This document shows, one piece after another, positions 19,728-30,522 of a DNA stretch of 64,000 bases. How positions within the stretch are numbered: the first letter of the stretch is position 1; every line of letters starts with the position of its first letter. The position numbers were made by a program, and so were the translations under genes. The notes below the pieces were generated by a model. That model worked only from the letters and a program-made list of their open reading frames with translations. It made no database searches and was not told the DNA's origin. Origin of the DNA: Alphaproteobacteria bacterium (lineage in GTDB: Bacteria; Pseudomonadota; Alphaproteobacteria; MPNO01; UBA830); the NCBI GenBank assembly GCA_964291215.2, contig OZ219791.1:1184001-1248000 (forward strand), written 5' to 3'.

Positions 19728-21241
19728 ATCGCGGTAGGGAACCGGGTTACCCCCCGCACAGAACCGGACGTGCGCTGTTCGCTCCTCCCCTGACGACAAG
19801 GCGCTGGTTTGGCCACGGGCTCAGTGGGCAGCGGTGAGGGTGTCTATGTCCCCGGTGAAGTCCTTTTGGGAGCGTCGCCGAAGGGCACGCAGCTGTTTGC
19901 ATTGGTGTATGAACTTCTGCAGGCTGCTTCCTAAAACGGCGTAGTAGCAGCCGTTGATAACTCACCACTTGGCCGTTTCGTGCCGGTTATCGTGCCACCG
20001 CCTGCGCAAGGCCTCCTTGATCCGCCGCAGGGTGCCCGTTTGCGACCGACCCTGAACCTGCCTTTCCTCGTCTGTTCGCAGAAGTGCGTCATGCCGAGGA
20101 AGTCGAACGTCTTGTCCACGCTTCCGGCGGTTCGCTCTGGCAAACCGACCGAACTCGATGATTTTCCGGGTGCAGTTCAAGTGGGCCAGTCTCTCCCCAA
20201 GGTCTCAGCGCCGCCCAGATGCTGAAAGCCGCACACGAAGTCGTCCGCATAGCGGACAGTGATCGTGTCGCCTCCAGCCATCCGCTTGCGCCAGTGGTTC
20301 TGGAACCAGTCGTACGTAGTGCAGGTTCGCAAGGCGCCGCCCCTTGCGGTGTTCCCTTGCCAGTCGGTCCCTTCCATGACGCCGGCGTCACTTGATGATC
20401 AGACCCCCCGATCCGTTTCCCGAGCATCGCGACCAGATGGTCGCGGTTGTCGAAGGGGCGTCAACGATCCAGTTGACCTTCCGCCGTTCCACCGTGACGG
20501 CGCATGATGCGCCCCGGCCGGAAGCCGTAACTAAACCCGAGGAACTCCGTCTCGCGGCACCAGAATCACACCGCCCGCTGAAGAATCTTGTCCGAGGCAA
20601 GTTGCCCTCCATCCTCCTTGGGTATGTAAACCCTGGAGGCGCCCGCCCCTGTGCACACGGGCGTGCAGCAGTTCCACACCCTCCGCGTACGCTTGCCACA
20701 CAACGCCCCGCCGCCGCGTCCTTCCTCAAGGAATGGAACGCATCGTGCAGAACGTCGACCGTCACGTGGTGGAGTAAAGACGCTCTTCCGGGTTCCTCTT
20801 CGCTACCTGCCGCCTGTGACCCCCGCTTCTGCGCGCGGCGCGGGCCAACCGCATTGCCCTTCCCTCCAACAACTCCGCAGGCTCCGAAGAACCCTTGTTC
20901 GCCGCCTTCAGCGGTACTATGGCCGAATCTGACTTCTCGTTCATCATCGGTTTATGGATTAGTTCCTTTCCTCTGCGGCCCCTCCACGACAGAGGGGCAA
21001 GACCTCCCAGGTCCCTGCTTCGGCCATGGTTCTCGGACCCCGCGGAGTTCCCCTCACCAACGCGGCTCGCAGGGTGTTGCCCACTCGGACGACCTCGGCA
21101 CTCCGGTTTCAAAGCATCTCGTGGCTCAATAGCCTGGCCTGCCGCTCCCCAACGCTTCGCCTGGCGACGCATGGTTCACGGAGAAATTAGCCTCTCTCGG
21201 GACTTGCACCCGGCCACATTCCACCAGTTTGCCTGGCGCAC
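19728..21241 (-). mobile_element. Group II intron with degraded reverse transcriptase
   Basis: 5' GTGCG and 3' ...ACCGCGAT; eroded DV/DVI; RT fragments GTPQG, VRYADDFVCGF, FDFLGMTH. Boundaries defined by the intron-less IS66 copies (GACGACC|CCGATG). Confidence 0.92.
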
Positions 21242-21859
21242 CCGATGTCAGCTTCACCAACAATGCCGGAGAACAGAAGATCAGGATGGCAAAGCTCAAG
21301 GTGTCCGGATGCTTCCGCTCCACGCAAAAGCATGGTGCCGGGGCTCGAGCTACCTCACCTCCATGGCCGCACTCGGCTACAACCCACTCGTCGCCACCCA
21401 GATCGCCCTCGACGGAAAAGCCGCAGACATCATCAACGAGCACTATGGCCAATCAGAACCCAACAAGGGGTGAGTAGATACGAGGCAGCAGCAAATGTGG
21501 CGACACCTGCGCCTCACTTCCGGGCCCGCCCGTCACGGGCCGACGGAACGCTTGCGCCTGCCGAATGTGGCCACCATCTCAGGCGGCTTCCGGCGGGCGG
21601 GAACGAGGGCGGTCGGCGGGCATGTCCTGCACGCTATTCGAACCCGCATCTGGAACGGACGCAATTCAGGACGCGGGTTTCCTGCACCCGGGGCCGGGAC
21701 TGAAGCGGCGCGGTTCCCGAAGGGTGCCCGCGCGGGGTTGCGTTTTGTAACCCCGTGGGTTGTGTTGGTCGTCGCGCTTCGGCAGCCCGCAATGGGGAGC
21801 GGCGGCATTGAAGGTGGCTGCCGGCATGGACCGGCGCCGGAAGAGCGCGGGAGGCAAGG

Positions 21860-23176
21860 GTGGCGGCAGCGCTTCACGAGATCCGGGATCCGGTCCACGC
21901 CTTCGTCCGGCTGGACGATTGCGAACGCGAGGTTCTGAATTCGCGGCCCTTCCAGCGGCTGCGCCACATCCACCAGCTGGCGCTGACCTATCTGGTGTAT
22001 CCGGGGGCGACCCACAAGCGGTTCGAGCATTCCCTCGGCGTGTTGGAGCTTGCCGGGCGGGCCTTTGACACGGTCACCGATTCCGCCAACCTGACCGCCG
22101 AGATCCGCGACCTGCTGGAGCTGCTGGGACGGCCCGGCGAGCTCGCCTACTGGCGCCGGGTACTGCGCATGGCGGCGCTCTGCCACGACATCGGGCATCT
22201 GCCGTTCTCGCATTCGGCGGAGCGGGCGCTCCTGCCTGCGGGCTGGGACCACGAAAGGTTGACGTGCGAGATCATCGCCAGCGGTGAGCTGAGGTCGATC
22301 TGGGAGCGCTCTGACCCGCCGCTCCGCCACGAGGACATCGCGAGGCTGGCGGTCGGCCCGGACAAGGCGTCCGATCTTTCCTTCACCGACTGGGAAACCA
22401 TCCTCTCTCAGATCATCGTCGGCGAGGCCTTCGGCATGGACCGGATGGACTACCTCCTGCGGGACTCGCACCATGCCGGCGCCGCCTATGGCGGTTTCGA
22501 CCATCACCGGCTGATCGACACGCTGCGCATATTGCGTACGCCGCCGGGGGCCCGCGGCGGAACGTCCGGTCCGCCGGCGCTCGGCGTCGAGGAGGGCGGC
22601 CTCCAGTCCTCGGTGGCGCTGATGCTGGCACGGTATTTCATGTACACGCAGGTATATTTTCATCCGGTCCAGAGGATCTACGACATTCATCTGACCGAGT
22701 TTCTCCGCGAGTGGCTTGAGGACGGGATGTTCCCGACTGATGTCGAGCGCCATCTTGGCCTGACCGACAACGAGGTCACGGTGGCGCTGTTCCGCGCCGC
22801 CTATGACGAGAGCGCGCCCGGGCACATCCATGCGCGGCGCGTGTTCCGGCGCGAGCATTTCAAGCTCATCTACGGGCGCAACCCGGACGGCAGCGAGCTT
22901 ACTCCGGAAGCCGGACATCTCGTCTTCGAGGCACTCTGCGGCCGCTTCGGGCCCGAGCATTTCCGCCACGACCGCTACCGCCAGCATGACGCCGCGGCCG
23001 ACTTCCCGGTGCGGCTCCGCGACGGACGGGTCGTCTCGTCGCTCGCCCGTTCCGACGTGCTCAATCACATCCCGGTGGCGGCGACCGACTACGTCTTCGC
23101 CGACCGCGCCGTCCACGATGAGGCCAGCGCGTGGCTTGACGGCAACCGCGCCCGGATCATCCGCGCGCGGTCTTGA
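21860..23176 (+). CDS. HD-domain phosphohydrolase (dNTP triphosphohydrolase/SAMHD1-like)
   Basis: Motifs IRDPVH, FQRLRHIHQL, YPGATHKRFEHSLG, ALCHDIGHLPFSH, DRMDYLLRD, MYTQVYFH. Confidence 0.9.
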   Translation: MAAALHEIRDPVHAFVRLDDCEREVLNSRPFQRLRHIHQLALTYLVYPGATHKRFEHSLGVLELAGRAFDTVTDSANLTAEIRDLLELLGRPGELAYWRRVLRMAALCHDIGHLPFSHSAERALLPAGWDHERLTCEIIASGELRSIWERSDPPLRHEDIARLAVGPDKASDLSFTDWETILSQIIVGEAFGMDRMDYLLRDSHHAGAAYGGFDHHRLIDTLRILRTPPGARGGTSGPPALGVEEGGLQSSVALMLARYFMYTQVYFHPVQRIYDIHLTEFLREWLEDGMFPTDVERHLGLTDNEVTVALFRAAYDESAPGHIHARRVFRREHFKLIYGRNPDGSELTPEAGHLVFEALCGRFGPEHFRHDRYRQHDAAADFPVRLRDGRVVSSLARSDVLNHIPVAATDYVFADRAVHDEASAWLDGNRARIIRARS

Positions 23177-23272
23177 GGCGGCACCCGCATCCGGCGCCCC
23201 GCCGGCGGAGCGCGTCCGGTTGTGCAATGGGACACGATAGGGCATACAAAGGCTGAAAATGGGAGAAAATGC

Positions 23273-24319
23273 ATGAAAACCATTGGATCACTTGCTGCGT
23301 TCGGCCTCGCCGTTTCGCTGCTGGCGTCGGCCCACGCGGCCGAGAATCTTACCGCGGAGACCGCTGCGCCCGGCGGCTCGCCGCACACCTCGACTTCGAC
23401 GCTTGGCGAAGTGGCCGCGGCTGCGGGAATCGCCAATTTTCAGGTGCTCGATTCGCAGACGCTCACGAATTCGGTCCAGAACGTCGCCGAAGGCAAGACC
23501 GATGTCGCGGCGGCGCCGTTCATTCTGCCGTTTCTGATGTCGAAGGGCGCCGGCCCCTATGCCAAGATGGGCAGGAAGAAGGGCGCGGAGCTCGCGAAGA
23601 ACATCGCCGTCCTCTACAGCTACCGCTTCGGCGGCATGGGCATGTACGCCTATGACAGCTCGAGCGTGAAGGGCTGGGCCGACCTCAAGGGCAAGAAAGT
23701 CGTCAACGGTCCGCCGCGCGGCGCAGCGCTGACCAACGCCCGCGCCCTGATCAAGCTGACCACCGGGTTGAGCGACGGCAAGGACTACAAGGGTGTCCAG
23801 GCGAACTGGGCGCAGATGGTAAAGACCATCACCGACGGCACCGGTGATGCCATGGTGTTGCCGATCTACTTTCCGGACACGCGGATCACGCGCGCCCTAG
23901 CTTCGGGGAACATCACCCTTTTCTCGGTTCCGAAGAAGATCTACGAGGGTCCCGCGATGCAGAAATATCTCAGGAGCCCCGGCACTGGCGCTTTTGTCGT
24001 CGATCTCAAGGATATCAAACCACAGGAAGGCCTGACCATCAAGACCGAGGACGGCATCTGGCGCAGTCCGGCGACCGTCGGCGGCGAGGTGGTTCGCGCG
24101 GACATGGACGCCAAGCTCGCCAAGGCGCTGACCAAGGAGATGATCAAGAACGTCGACCTGTTCAAGAAGAAGGCCGCCTACATGGTGCATTCGGCCATAG
24201 GCGACCTCGATCCGGCGATCACCGGAATGTGCGGCGCGAACCCCATCAAGTACCATCCGGGCGCCGTCGCGGCTTGGGAAGAGGCAGGCTACAAGATTCC
24301 CGACTGCGCCAAGCCGTGA
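23273..24319 (+). CDS. TAXI-family TRAP solute-binding protein
   Basis: Signal peptide; motifs TAAPGG, WADLKGKKV, YHPGAVAAWEEAG; upstream of the fused permease. Confidence 0.85.
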   Translation: MKTIGSLAAFGLAVSLLASAHAAENLTAETAAPGGSPHTSTSTLGEVAAAAGIANFQVLDSQTLTNSVQNVAEGKTDVAAAPFILPFLMSKGAGPYAKMGRKKGAELAKNIAVLYSYRFGGMGMYAYDSSSVKGWADLKGKKVVNGPPRGAALTNARALIKLTTGLSDGKDYKGVQANWAQMVKTITDGTGDAMVLPIYFPDTRITRALASGNITLFSVPKKIYEGPAMQKYLRSPGTGAFVVDLKDIKPQEGLTIKTEDGIWRSPATVGGEVVRADMDAKLAKALTKEMIKNVDLFKKKAAYMVHSAIGDLDPAITGMCGANPIKYHPGAVAAWEEAGYKIPDCAKP

Positions 24320-24388
24320 TCCGACTTCGCGCGACGCGGGCCGCGGCGCTGTCGCGGCCCGCCGTCGGCCCACGCCGCGGCAGACCAG

Positions 24389-26740
24389 ATGGCCGAGTCA
24401 TTCGCCCCCGAAACTGAGGCGAGGGGTTTCGGCGAGCGCGTCGTCTACTGGCTAGCGCTCGTCCTCGTCCTGATCGGCCTCGTCAACGCCATGCCAGGCA
24501 TTCCCGGCCTGGATGACTGGGCGCGGGCGGTTACGGGCAATCCGTGGTTCGCCATCCGCAAATTCGCGTTTGAGTACTACTACCCCTTCTTCTTCGCGCT
24601 GATGATGCTTACCGTCGCGCTCAAGCACTCGATGTGGCGGGCGTGGCGGGGCCGGAGCGGGGCGCAGCGCGGATTCGGCCTGTTCATGGACATCGCGCTC
24701 GTGACCATGGCCCTGGTCATCTCGCTGACCTATATGAACGAGATCGAAGCCGTCTGTCTCGCCGACCAGATCACCGGCGACCGGCAGCGGCTCATCGAGG
24801 AGAGCCTGAAGATACAGCGCGAGACGGCCGAGCTGTTCGGGCTGCCCGAACCGACCACGGTCGAGGACCCGAAATGCCTGAACTCGGTCGGCGGCTGGCT
24901 GGTCGCCATAGTCGGCCTCGCGGTCGTGGTGTTCCTCTCCTACAACGTCAAGGTCTGGGGCCTGCCGCTGGTTCTGGTCGCGATCCTGGTCGCCACCTAC
25001 ACGATCGTCACCGTGCTGATCTGGTATTTCTTCGGCGCCGACGACATGAACAAGTACTTCGTGACCAAGCTCGGCGGCGAACCGCGCCTGCTCTCCGACG
25101 GCTACCCGCGAGTTCATGACATACTGACCAACAATGCCTCGGGGTTGCTGGGCCGGTTCATCGACATCATCCTCAACGAGATCTTTCCGTATCTCATTCT
25201 CGGCTCGCTTTTTGGCGCCTCGGCCGGCGGCCGGTCGCTGATCAAGGTCGCGTTCCGCCTGACCCGTCATCTGCGCGGCGGACCGGCCCATGCTGCGATC
25301 GTCTCTTCGGCCATGTTCGGCACGATTTCCGGAGGGCCGATCGTAAACGTGCTGTCCACCGGGGTGCTGACGATCCCGATGATGATCAGGCGCGGCTTCT
25401 CGAAGATCTTTGCCGGTGGCATGGAGGCGGCGGCGTCCTCCGGAGGCTCGATCATGCCGCCCGTCATGGGGGTTGCTGCCTTCGTGCTCGCGGCACTGAC
25501 GGGGGTACCCTACCGCCAGGTCATCATCGCGGCGCTGATCCCGGCGGTTGCCTACTTCCTCTGCCTGTTCCTCTCGGTTGTCTTTCAGGCGCGCAAGCAG
25601 AAGATCGTGGCCATCGGCATGCTCACCGACGAGATGCGCCTTGACCGCCAGGACTATCTCAACCTTCTGATGATCTTCGCTCCGATACTGGTCATTCTCG
25701 TGCTGCTGCTGACGGCCAAGGAGTCGGTCGGGTGCGGCATCATCGGCGGCCTTCTCGGTGCCGAACGGGTGTTCACCGAGGGCGGCGGCTGTCGGGTGAC
25801 CGAGCTTCCCTGGTTCCTGAAACTGATCCAGAACGCCGCCGGCGACGTCGGCAGTTCCGGCTGGTGGGCGGTGGCGCTGCTGGTCTTCCTGCTGTTCCTC
25901 GATCCCGATATGCGGCCGCGGAAGCTGTTCAACGCGCTTTCGGATGCCGGCATCCTGATCTCGACGCTTTATCTGATGTTCCTCGCGGTCTCGATCATTG
26001 ATTTCTGCCTGAAGTTCACCGGCGTGCCGTTCTTCATCTCCCTTGACGTGCTGGAGTGGCTCAAGAGCTTCAACCTGGGAAGCGGAGGCTCGGTCATCTT
26101 CCAGTTCCTCGCGCTTCTGTTGACCATGCTCCTTGCCGTGCTTCTCGGCATGGGCATGCCCGCCGTGCCGGCCTACGTGAACGTGGCCCTGCTGATGGGC
26201 CCGGTGCTGGCCGGGCTTGGGCTCTCGATGTTCACGGCCCACATGTTCATCTTCTATTTCGCGGTTGCCTCCGCGATAACGCCGCCGGTGGCGCTGGCCG
26301 CCTTTGCGGCCGCGTCGATAACCAGGGAAGACCCGATGGCGACAGGCTTCTCGGCGGTGCGCTCGGGCATCGTGATGTTCGCCATCCCGTTCGTCTTCGC
26401 GATGTATCCCGAACTGCTGCTCATCCAGGATGCCGTGCTCGATCCTTCGTCCACCGGCGCCGAGATCACCTTCCTGCCGGGGTATGACGGACGGGTCGAC
26501 TGGACGGCGCTTTCGTGGCTCTGCGTGCGGCTCTTCGTCGCCCTCTATCTGCTGGCAAGCGGCCTTGCCCGCTTCGATCGGACGGCGCTTGCGCTGTGGG
26601 AATGGACAGGGCGGATCGTCCTCGCGGCCCTCGTCCTGTTCGGCGCGCCGATGATCCATGGCCCGGCGCTGGCCGCCGCGGCCCTGCTCATGGGCTACCA
26701 TTTCCTGCGCGCCCGCGGGCGGGAGCGCATGGCGGCCTGA
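24389..26740 (+). CDS. TRAP fused 4TM/12TM permease (TAXI type)
   Basis: Motifs RGGPAHAA, FGTISG, EAAASSGGSIMPPVMG, LGMGMP, ITPPVALAAFAAA. Confidence 0.93.
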   Translation: MAESFAPETEARGFGERVVYWLALVLVLIGLVNAMPGIPGLDDWARAVTGNPWFAIRKFAFEYYYPFFFALMMLTVALKHSMWRAWRGRSGAQRGFGLFMDIALVTMALVISLTYMNEIEAVCLADQITGDRQRLIEESLKIQRETAELFGLPEPTTVEDPKCLNSVGGWLVAIVGLAVVVFLSYNVKVWGLPLVLVAILVATYTIVTVLIWYFFGADDMNKYFVTKLGGEPRLLSDGYPRVHDILTNNASGLLGRFIDIILNEIFPYLILGSLFGASAGGRSLIKVAFRLTRHLRGGPAHAAIVSSAMFGTISGGPIVNVLSTGVLTIPMMIRRGFSKIFAGGMEAAASSGGSIMPPVMGVAAFVLAALTGVPYRQVIIAALIPAVAYFLCLFLSVVFQARKQKIVAIGMLTDEMRLDRQDYLNLLMIFAPILVILVLLLTAKESVGCGIIGGLLGAERVFTEGGGCRVTELPWFLKLIQNAAGDVGSSGWWAVALLVFLLFLDPDMRPRKLFNALSDAGILISTLYLMFLAVSIIDFCLKFTGVPFFISLDVLEWLKSFNLGSGGSVIFQFLALLLTMLLAVLLGMGMPAVPAYVNVALLMGPVLAGLGLSMFTAHMFIFYFAVASAITPPVALAAFAAASITREDPMATGFSAVRSGIVMFAIPFVFAMYPELLLIQDAVLDPSSTGAEITFLPGYDGRVDWTALSWLCVRLFVALYLLASGLARFDRTALALWEWTGRIVLAALVLFGAPMIHGPALAAAALLMGYHFLRARGRERMAA

Positions 26741-26863
26741 CCGCGAATAGCTTGCGGGCGGCGGCGGTTCCGGCGGGAGGGATGAACTACTCTGGCCCAC
26801 AGTGCCGGAAGTCGGGAACCTTCTCCCGCTTCAGGCTGCGATGCTGGGTGGTCAGGCGTTCCT

Positions 26864-27340
26864 TCAGAGGGCGCCGTCGTTCAGCCAGCGCATGAGCGCC
26901 TTGCGGGGCTCCGAGATCTCGGGCACCGACTCGTACCAGTAGTCCCGCCACCCGGTTTCCGGAAGGCCTGCGAACACCATGAGGTTGAGGGGGTAGTCGT
27001 CGCTGTCGGCGCACCGGCGGAAATCATCGCGAAACAGGAACACCGGCTTCGACCAGGCAATTGCCAAGCCGATCTCGACCATCACGCCTTCGTCTGGTGG
27101 AGAGCCGTTGACGATGGCGAACACACCGTCGGATTCGCGCACGTCGCGGACATCCGCTTGTCCGACCCTGTAAGCCCAGCCCGGAGCCATCTTGTCGATC
27201 TGGTTGTTGCGCTCGAATGGCTCCCAAACCTCGGCGCCAACCGCCTGCAGCGCGCAAACGATGTCCTGCAGTGGACCGGCTTTCTGCTGCGCCGAGAAGC
27301 CGTACGGATTCGCCAGATAAAGCGTTTTCCTCCCGACCAT
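26864..27340 (-). CDS. Nucleoside 2-deoxyribosyltransferase family protein
   Basis: Motifs LYLANPYGFS, WEPF, DVRESD, PDEGVMVEIG, LNLMV; RBS GGAGGAGG. Confidence 0.88.
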   Translation of the reverse strand: MVGRKTLYLANPYGFSAQQKAGPLQDIVCALQAVGAEVWEPFERNNQIDKMAPGWAYRVGQADVRDVRESDGVFAIVNGSPPDEGVMVEIGLAIAWSKPVFLFRDDFRRCADSDDYPLNLMVFAGLPETGWRDYWYESVPEISEPRKALMRWLNDGAL

Positions 27341-27527
27341 GCCGTCGATCCTCCTCCGGATGCGCCGCTTCCGCGTTCCGGCGCCGGACATTTCCGTATG
27401 TCCGGGCGCAGTCGAGCCGCGCACGAAGATCGCGAACCCGCAGAGGTTGTCCTCCGAGGTGCTCGTCACCGCTGCGGCCCGCGTCTGGCGGAGATTTATC
27501 ATGCCCGCTCTCCGCTCACCAATCCGC

Positions 27528-27719
27528 CACGACGATCCCACGCTGCTAATCCAGCGGCGACCGGCGAGATTTTTCGGTCTGCGTCGTGCTGCAATCGTGC
27601 CGCCAAGGCTCAATGAGACCTTCTCGGCGCGAAAAATTGCGATCAAGGGGCGATCTGTGATGACGCGAGCCCCAACGCACTCGGATTTCGCGTCTCGGAA
27701 TCAGCATGGGATCGCCGTG
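27528..27719 (+). repeat. ~190-bp palindromic repeat, copy 3
   Basis: Collinear with 479-671; multiple transitions. Confidence 0.9.
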
Positions 27720-27840
27720 CAATCCGCTTCCGTGCGCCCGGACGCCGTTCGGAAACTGTGAAGACAATGCCGATTGACCTATACTGGACCGGGCCGATGG
27801 CCCGGTAGTCTCCAGCCTGGATCCTGCGGCCGTCGATCCC

Positions 27841-30126
27841 ATGAATTCCTCCACCGCGCCGATCATAAAGGACCTCGTGTTGCTGGGAGGCGGGCACAGT
27901 CATGTCGCCGTTCTCAAGCGGTTCGGCATGAATCCCTTGGCTGGCGTCCGCATCACCATGATCTGCCGCGACGTGCAGACCCCCTATTCGGGAATGCTGC
28001 CCGGACACGTAGCTGGCCACTACCGGCATGACGAGATGCATATCGATCTCGCCGTGCTCTCCCGGTTTGCCGGCGCGCGGCTCTACCGGAGCGCGGTGAT
28101 AGGGCTCGATCTCGAACGGCGTCTGGTCCTGTGCGACAACCGGCCGCCGGTGCCGTTCGATGTCATCTCGATCAATACCGGCGCGACGCCGGACATGTCG
28201 GCAGTTCCGGGCGCTGCAGAAAATGCGGTTCCCGTGAAGCCGATCGGCGAGTTCATCGAGCGCTGGAATGCCCTTCGCCGCCGGGCGACAGCCCATGATG
28301 GGCCATTGCGGATCGCCGTCGTCGGCGCCGGCGCTGGCGGCGTCGAGATCTTGCTCGCCATTCGCCATGCCCTTGCCGGTACGGCCGGCGGCGGATGCAA
28401 TGCCGACTTTCAGCTTTTCGCCGCGTCTCCGGAAATCCTTCCTGAATTCGGACGCCGCGTGCGCCGCGCGTTTCGTAGGATACTGGCTGCGCGCGGCGTG
28501 GCGGTCCATGCTGGCGACCCGGTTGTCGAGGTGACGCCGGGCCGGTTGCGCACTGCCGCCGGGCGGACGTTCGAGGCCGATGAGATCCTCTGGGTGACCG
28601 GCGCCCGCGCGCCCTCGTGGCCGCCGGAGGCAGGGCTCGATGTCGACGGCAACGGCTTCATCCGGGTCGCGGACACGCTGCAGTCGACATCGCATCGTGG
28701 CGTGTTCGCCGCCGGCGACATCGCCGCTGTGGTCGATTACTCCCGCCCGAAATCCGGCGTGTTCGCGGTGCGCCAGGGCCGGCCGCTGGCTCGCAACCTC
28801 CGGCGCGCCCTGCTCGGCAGGCGGCCGGTTGCGTTCAGACCGCAGTCGCGGTTCCTGAGCCTGATTTCGACGGGCGATCGCTACGCGGTCGCCTCCCGCG
28901 GTCCATGGACATTCTCGGGACGCCTCGCGTGGGCCTGGAAGGACTGGATCGATCGCAGGTTCATGGACCGCTACAACAAGCTGCCGGACATGCCCGGGCC
29001 AACGGCCGCCGATCTGCCGCCGGGCCTAGCCGATCCCGGCATCCTCGCCGATCTGTCCGCCGAGGCCATGCGTTGCGGCGGATGCGGCGCCAAGGTCGGT
29101 GCGTCGGTCCTCGGCCGCGTGATGGCGCGGCTTGCACCGGTGTCACGTGACGATGTGGTGGTCGGCCTGGACCAGGCCGACGACGCTGCCGTTGTCGAAC
29201 CGTCGTCGGGGGAGCTCATGGTGCATACTGTGGACTCCTTCCGGGCGATGATCGACGATCCCTACCTGTTCGGCAGGATCGCCGCCAATCACGCGCTCGG
29301 TGATATCTACGCCATGGGTGCGAGTCCGCAAACAGCGCTTGCCGTCGCTACGGTGCCGTTCGGACCCGAGCACAAGACCGAGGATCTCCTGACCCAGATG
29401 ATGACGGGTGCCGTCGAGGTCCTCAATGCAGCCGGCTGTGCGCTGGTTGGCGGACATACGGGGGAAGGCAGTGAGCTCAGCCTTGGCTTCGCGGTCAACG
29501 GGCTGGTCGCGCGCGAGCGGATTGCCGGCAAGGCTGGCCTGCGGTCCGGTGACGTTCTGGTTTTGACCAAGCCGCTGGGCACCGGCACGTTGCTTGCTGC
29601 CGACATGCGGGGCAAGGCCCGGGGCCGGTGGGTCTCGGCCGCGGTCGGACACATGATGCAATCAAGCCGTGCGGCGGCCGAATGTCTGTTCGAATACGGC
29701 GCAGGCGCGGCGACGGATGTAACCGGATTCGGCCTCCTTGGCCATCTCGCCGGGCTCGTCGAAGCGTCCAATGTCGACGCCGAGATTGATCTCGCTGCGG
29801 TGCCGCTCCTCGAAGGCGCCGAGGAGACGATGCGGATGGGCATCGAATCGACCCTGCAACCCGAGAACATGCGCCTCAGCCGCCATGTCGCCAACCACGA
29901 GGAAGTTCGCGGCGACCGCCGCTATCAGCTGATCTACGATCCGCAGACGGCGGGGGGCATCGTCGCTGGCGTGCCTGCGGATCGCGCCGATGCTTGCGTC
30001 GCGACGCTTAGGGAACGCGGATACGGCGCGGCGAGGCGAATCGGTTCGGTGCGTGCCTGGTCTGGACAGCCCTCGCGCATCCGGATCGTGACGGGACGCC
30101 CGGAGGCATTTGCAGCAAGGGGATAG
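27841..30126 (+). CDS. selD: Selenide, water dikinase SelD fused to an N-terminal FAD-dependent oxidoreductase
   Basis: N-terminal LLGGGHSH, GAGAGGVE, FAAGD; C-terminal RCGGCGAK, DDAAV, LGDIYAMG, VGGHT, TDVTGFGLLGH, DPQTAGG. Confidence 0.93.
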   Translation: MNSSTAPIIKDLVLLGGGHSHVAVLKRFGMNPLAGVRITMICRDVQTPYSGMLPGHVAGHYRHDEMHIDLAVLSRFAGARLYRSAVIGLDLERRLVLCDNRPPVPFDVISINTGATPDMSAVPGAAENAVPVKPIGEFIERWNALRRRATAHDGPLRIAVVGAGAGGVEILLAIRHALAGTAGGGCNADFQLFAASPEILPEFGRRVRRAFRRILAARGVAVHAGDPVVEVTPGRLRTAAGRTFEADEILWVTGARAPSWPPEAGLDVDGNGFIRVADTLQSTSHRGVFAAGDIAAVVDYSRPKSGVFAVRQGRPLARNLRRALLGRRPVAFRPQSRFLSLISTGDRYAVASRGPWTFSGRLAWAWKDWIDRRFMDRYNKLPDMPGPTAADLPPGLADPGILADLSAEAMRCGGCGAKVGASVLGRVMARLAPVSRDDVVVGLDQADDAAVVEPSSGELMVHTVDSFRAMIDDPYLFGRIAANHALGDIYAMGASPQTALAVATVPFGPEHKTEDLLTQMMTGAVEVLNAAGCALVGGHTGEGSELSLGFAVNGLVARERIAGKAGLRSGDVLVLTKPLGTGTLLAADMRGKARGRWVSAAVGHMMQSSRAAAECLFEYGAGAATDVTGFGLLGHLAGLVEASNVDAEIDLAAVPLLEGAEETMRMGIESTLQPENMRLSRHVANHEEVRGDRRYQLIYDPQTAGGIVAGVPADRADACVATLRERGYGAARRIGSVRAWSGQPSRIRIVTGRPEAFAARG

Positions 30127-30172
30127 ATCTCGGGGATCAATGCGTCTGCCGACGAGAGTATGTATGATGTGC

Positions 30173-30248
30173 GTAACTGCTTACCTCCTGGTTCCGGTTT
30201 GATGTCGAGGTAGAGCAACGAACGGGTTTTCGTGGAGATTTGACACTG
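30173..30248 (+). mobile_element. Truncated left end of the IS66-methylase element
   Basis: GTAACTGCTTACCTCCTGGTTCCGG...GACACTG matches 18462-18537. Confidence 0.85.
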
Positions 30249-30522
30249 TTCACGGATTCGTTACCCAAGTTCAGATGTCCTGACCTCGGCTTTGATTTCT
30301 TCCAATCAGGGTGATGCTTCTGGGCCGAGTTTGCGTGCGTTGTCTGGCAGTTCGTAGATCATGCGGAGGCCGGGTCCGAAGCTTCTTCACCGCCCGCTGC
30401 ACGGTCGCGCGGCTCACGCCGCCTGCAGGTCTCTTTGAGGAACGCGGTGCCTGGCGATCCGCAGCAGCATCGCCGGCCGGTCGCCCTCGTCGTGGCAGGG
30501 CTCCATGTTCGAGGAGTAGACG

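Larger units (their letters stand above)
18462..21481 (+). mobile_element. IS66-family element, copy 1 (degraded; methyltransferase passenger; contains group II intron)
   Basis: IRs GTAACTGCTCACCCC and GGGGTGAGTAGATAC; 8-bp TSD GAGGCAGC; fragments HQLCGSHLLREL and FTNNAGEQKIRMAK. Confidence 0.92.

Noticed and set aside
19728-21241. Reverse transcriptase as a retron, DGR or CRISPR-associated RT
   Set aside because: GUGYG/AY boundaries, a DV/DVI remnant and empty alleles identify a group II intron; no TR/VR pair or msr-msd seen.
29934-30218. Recurring short ORFs ending or starting with LYPDIKPEPGGEQL or HGHSPSCVALHYGTG as a peptide family
   Set aside because: These are chance translations of IS66 and IS30 terminal sequences read outward.
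30249-30522. Eroded segment between the IS66 stub and IS256
   Set aside because: Probably another IS remnant (CCCAAGTT end-like motif), but too degraded to assign.
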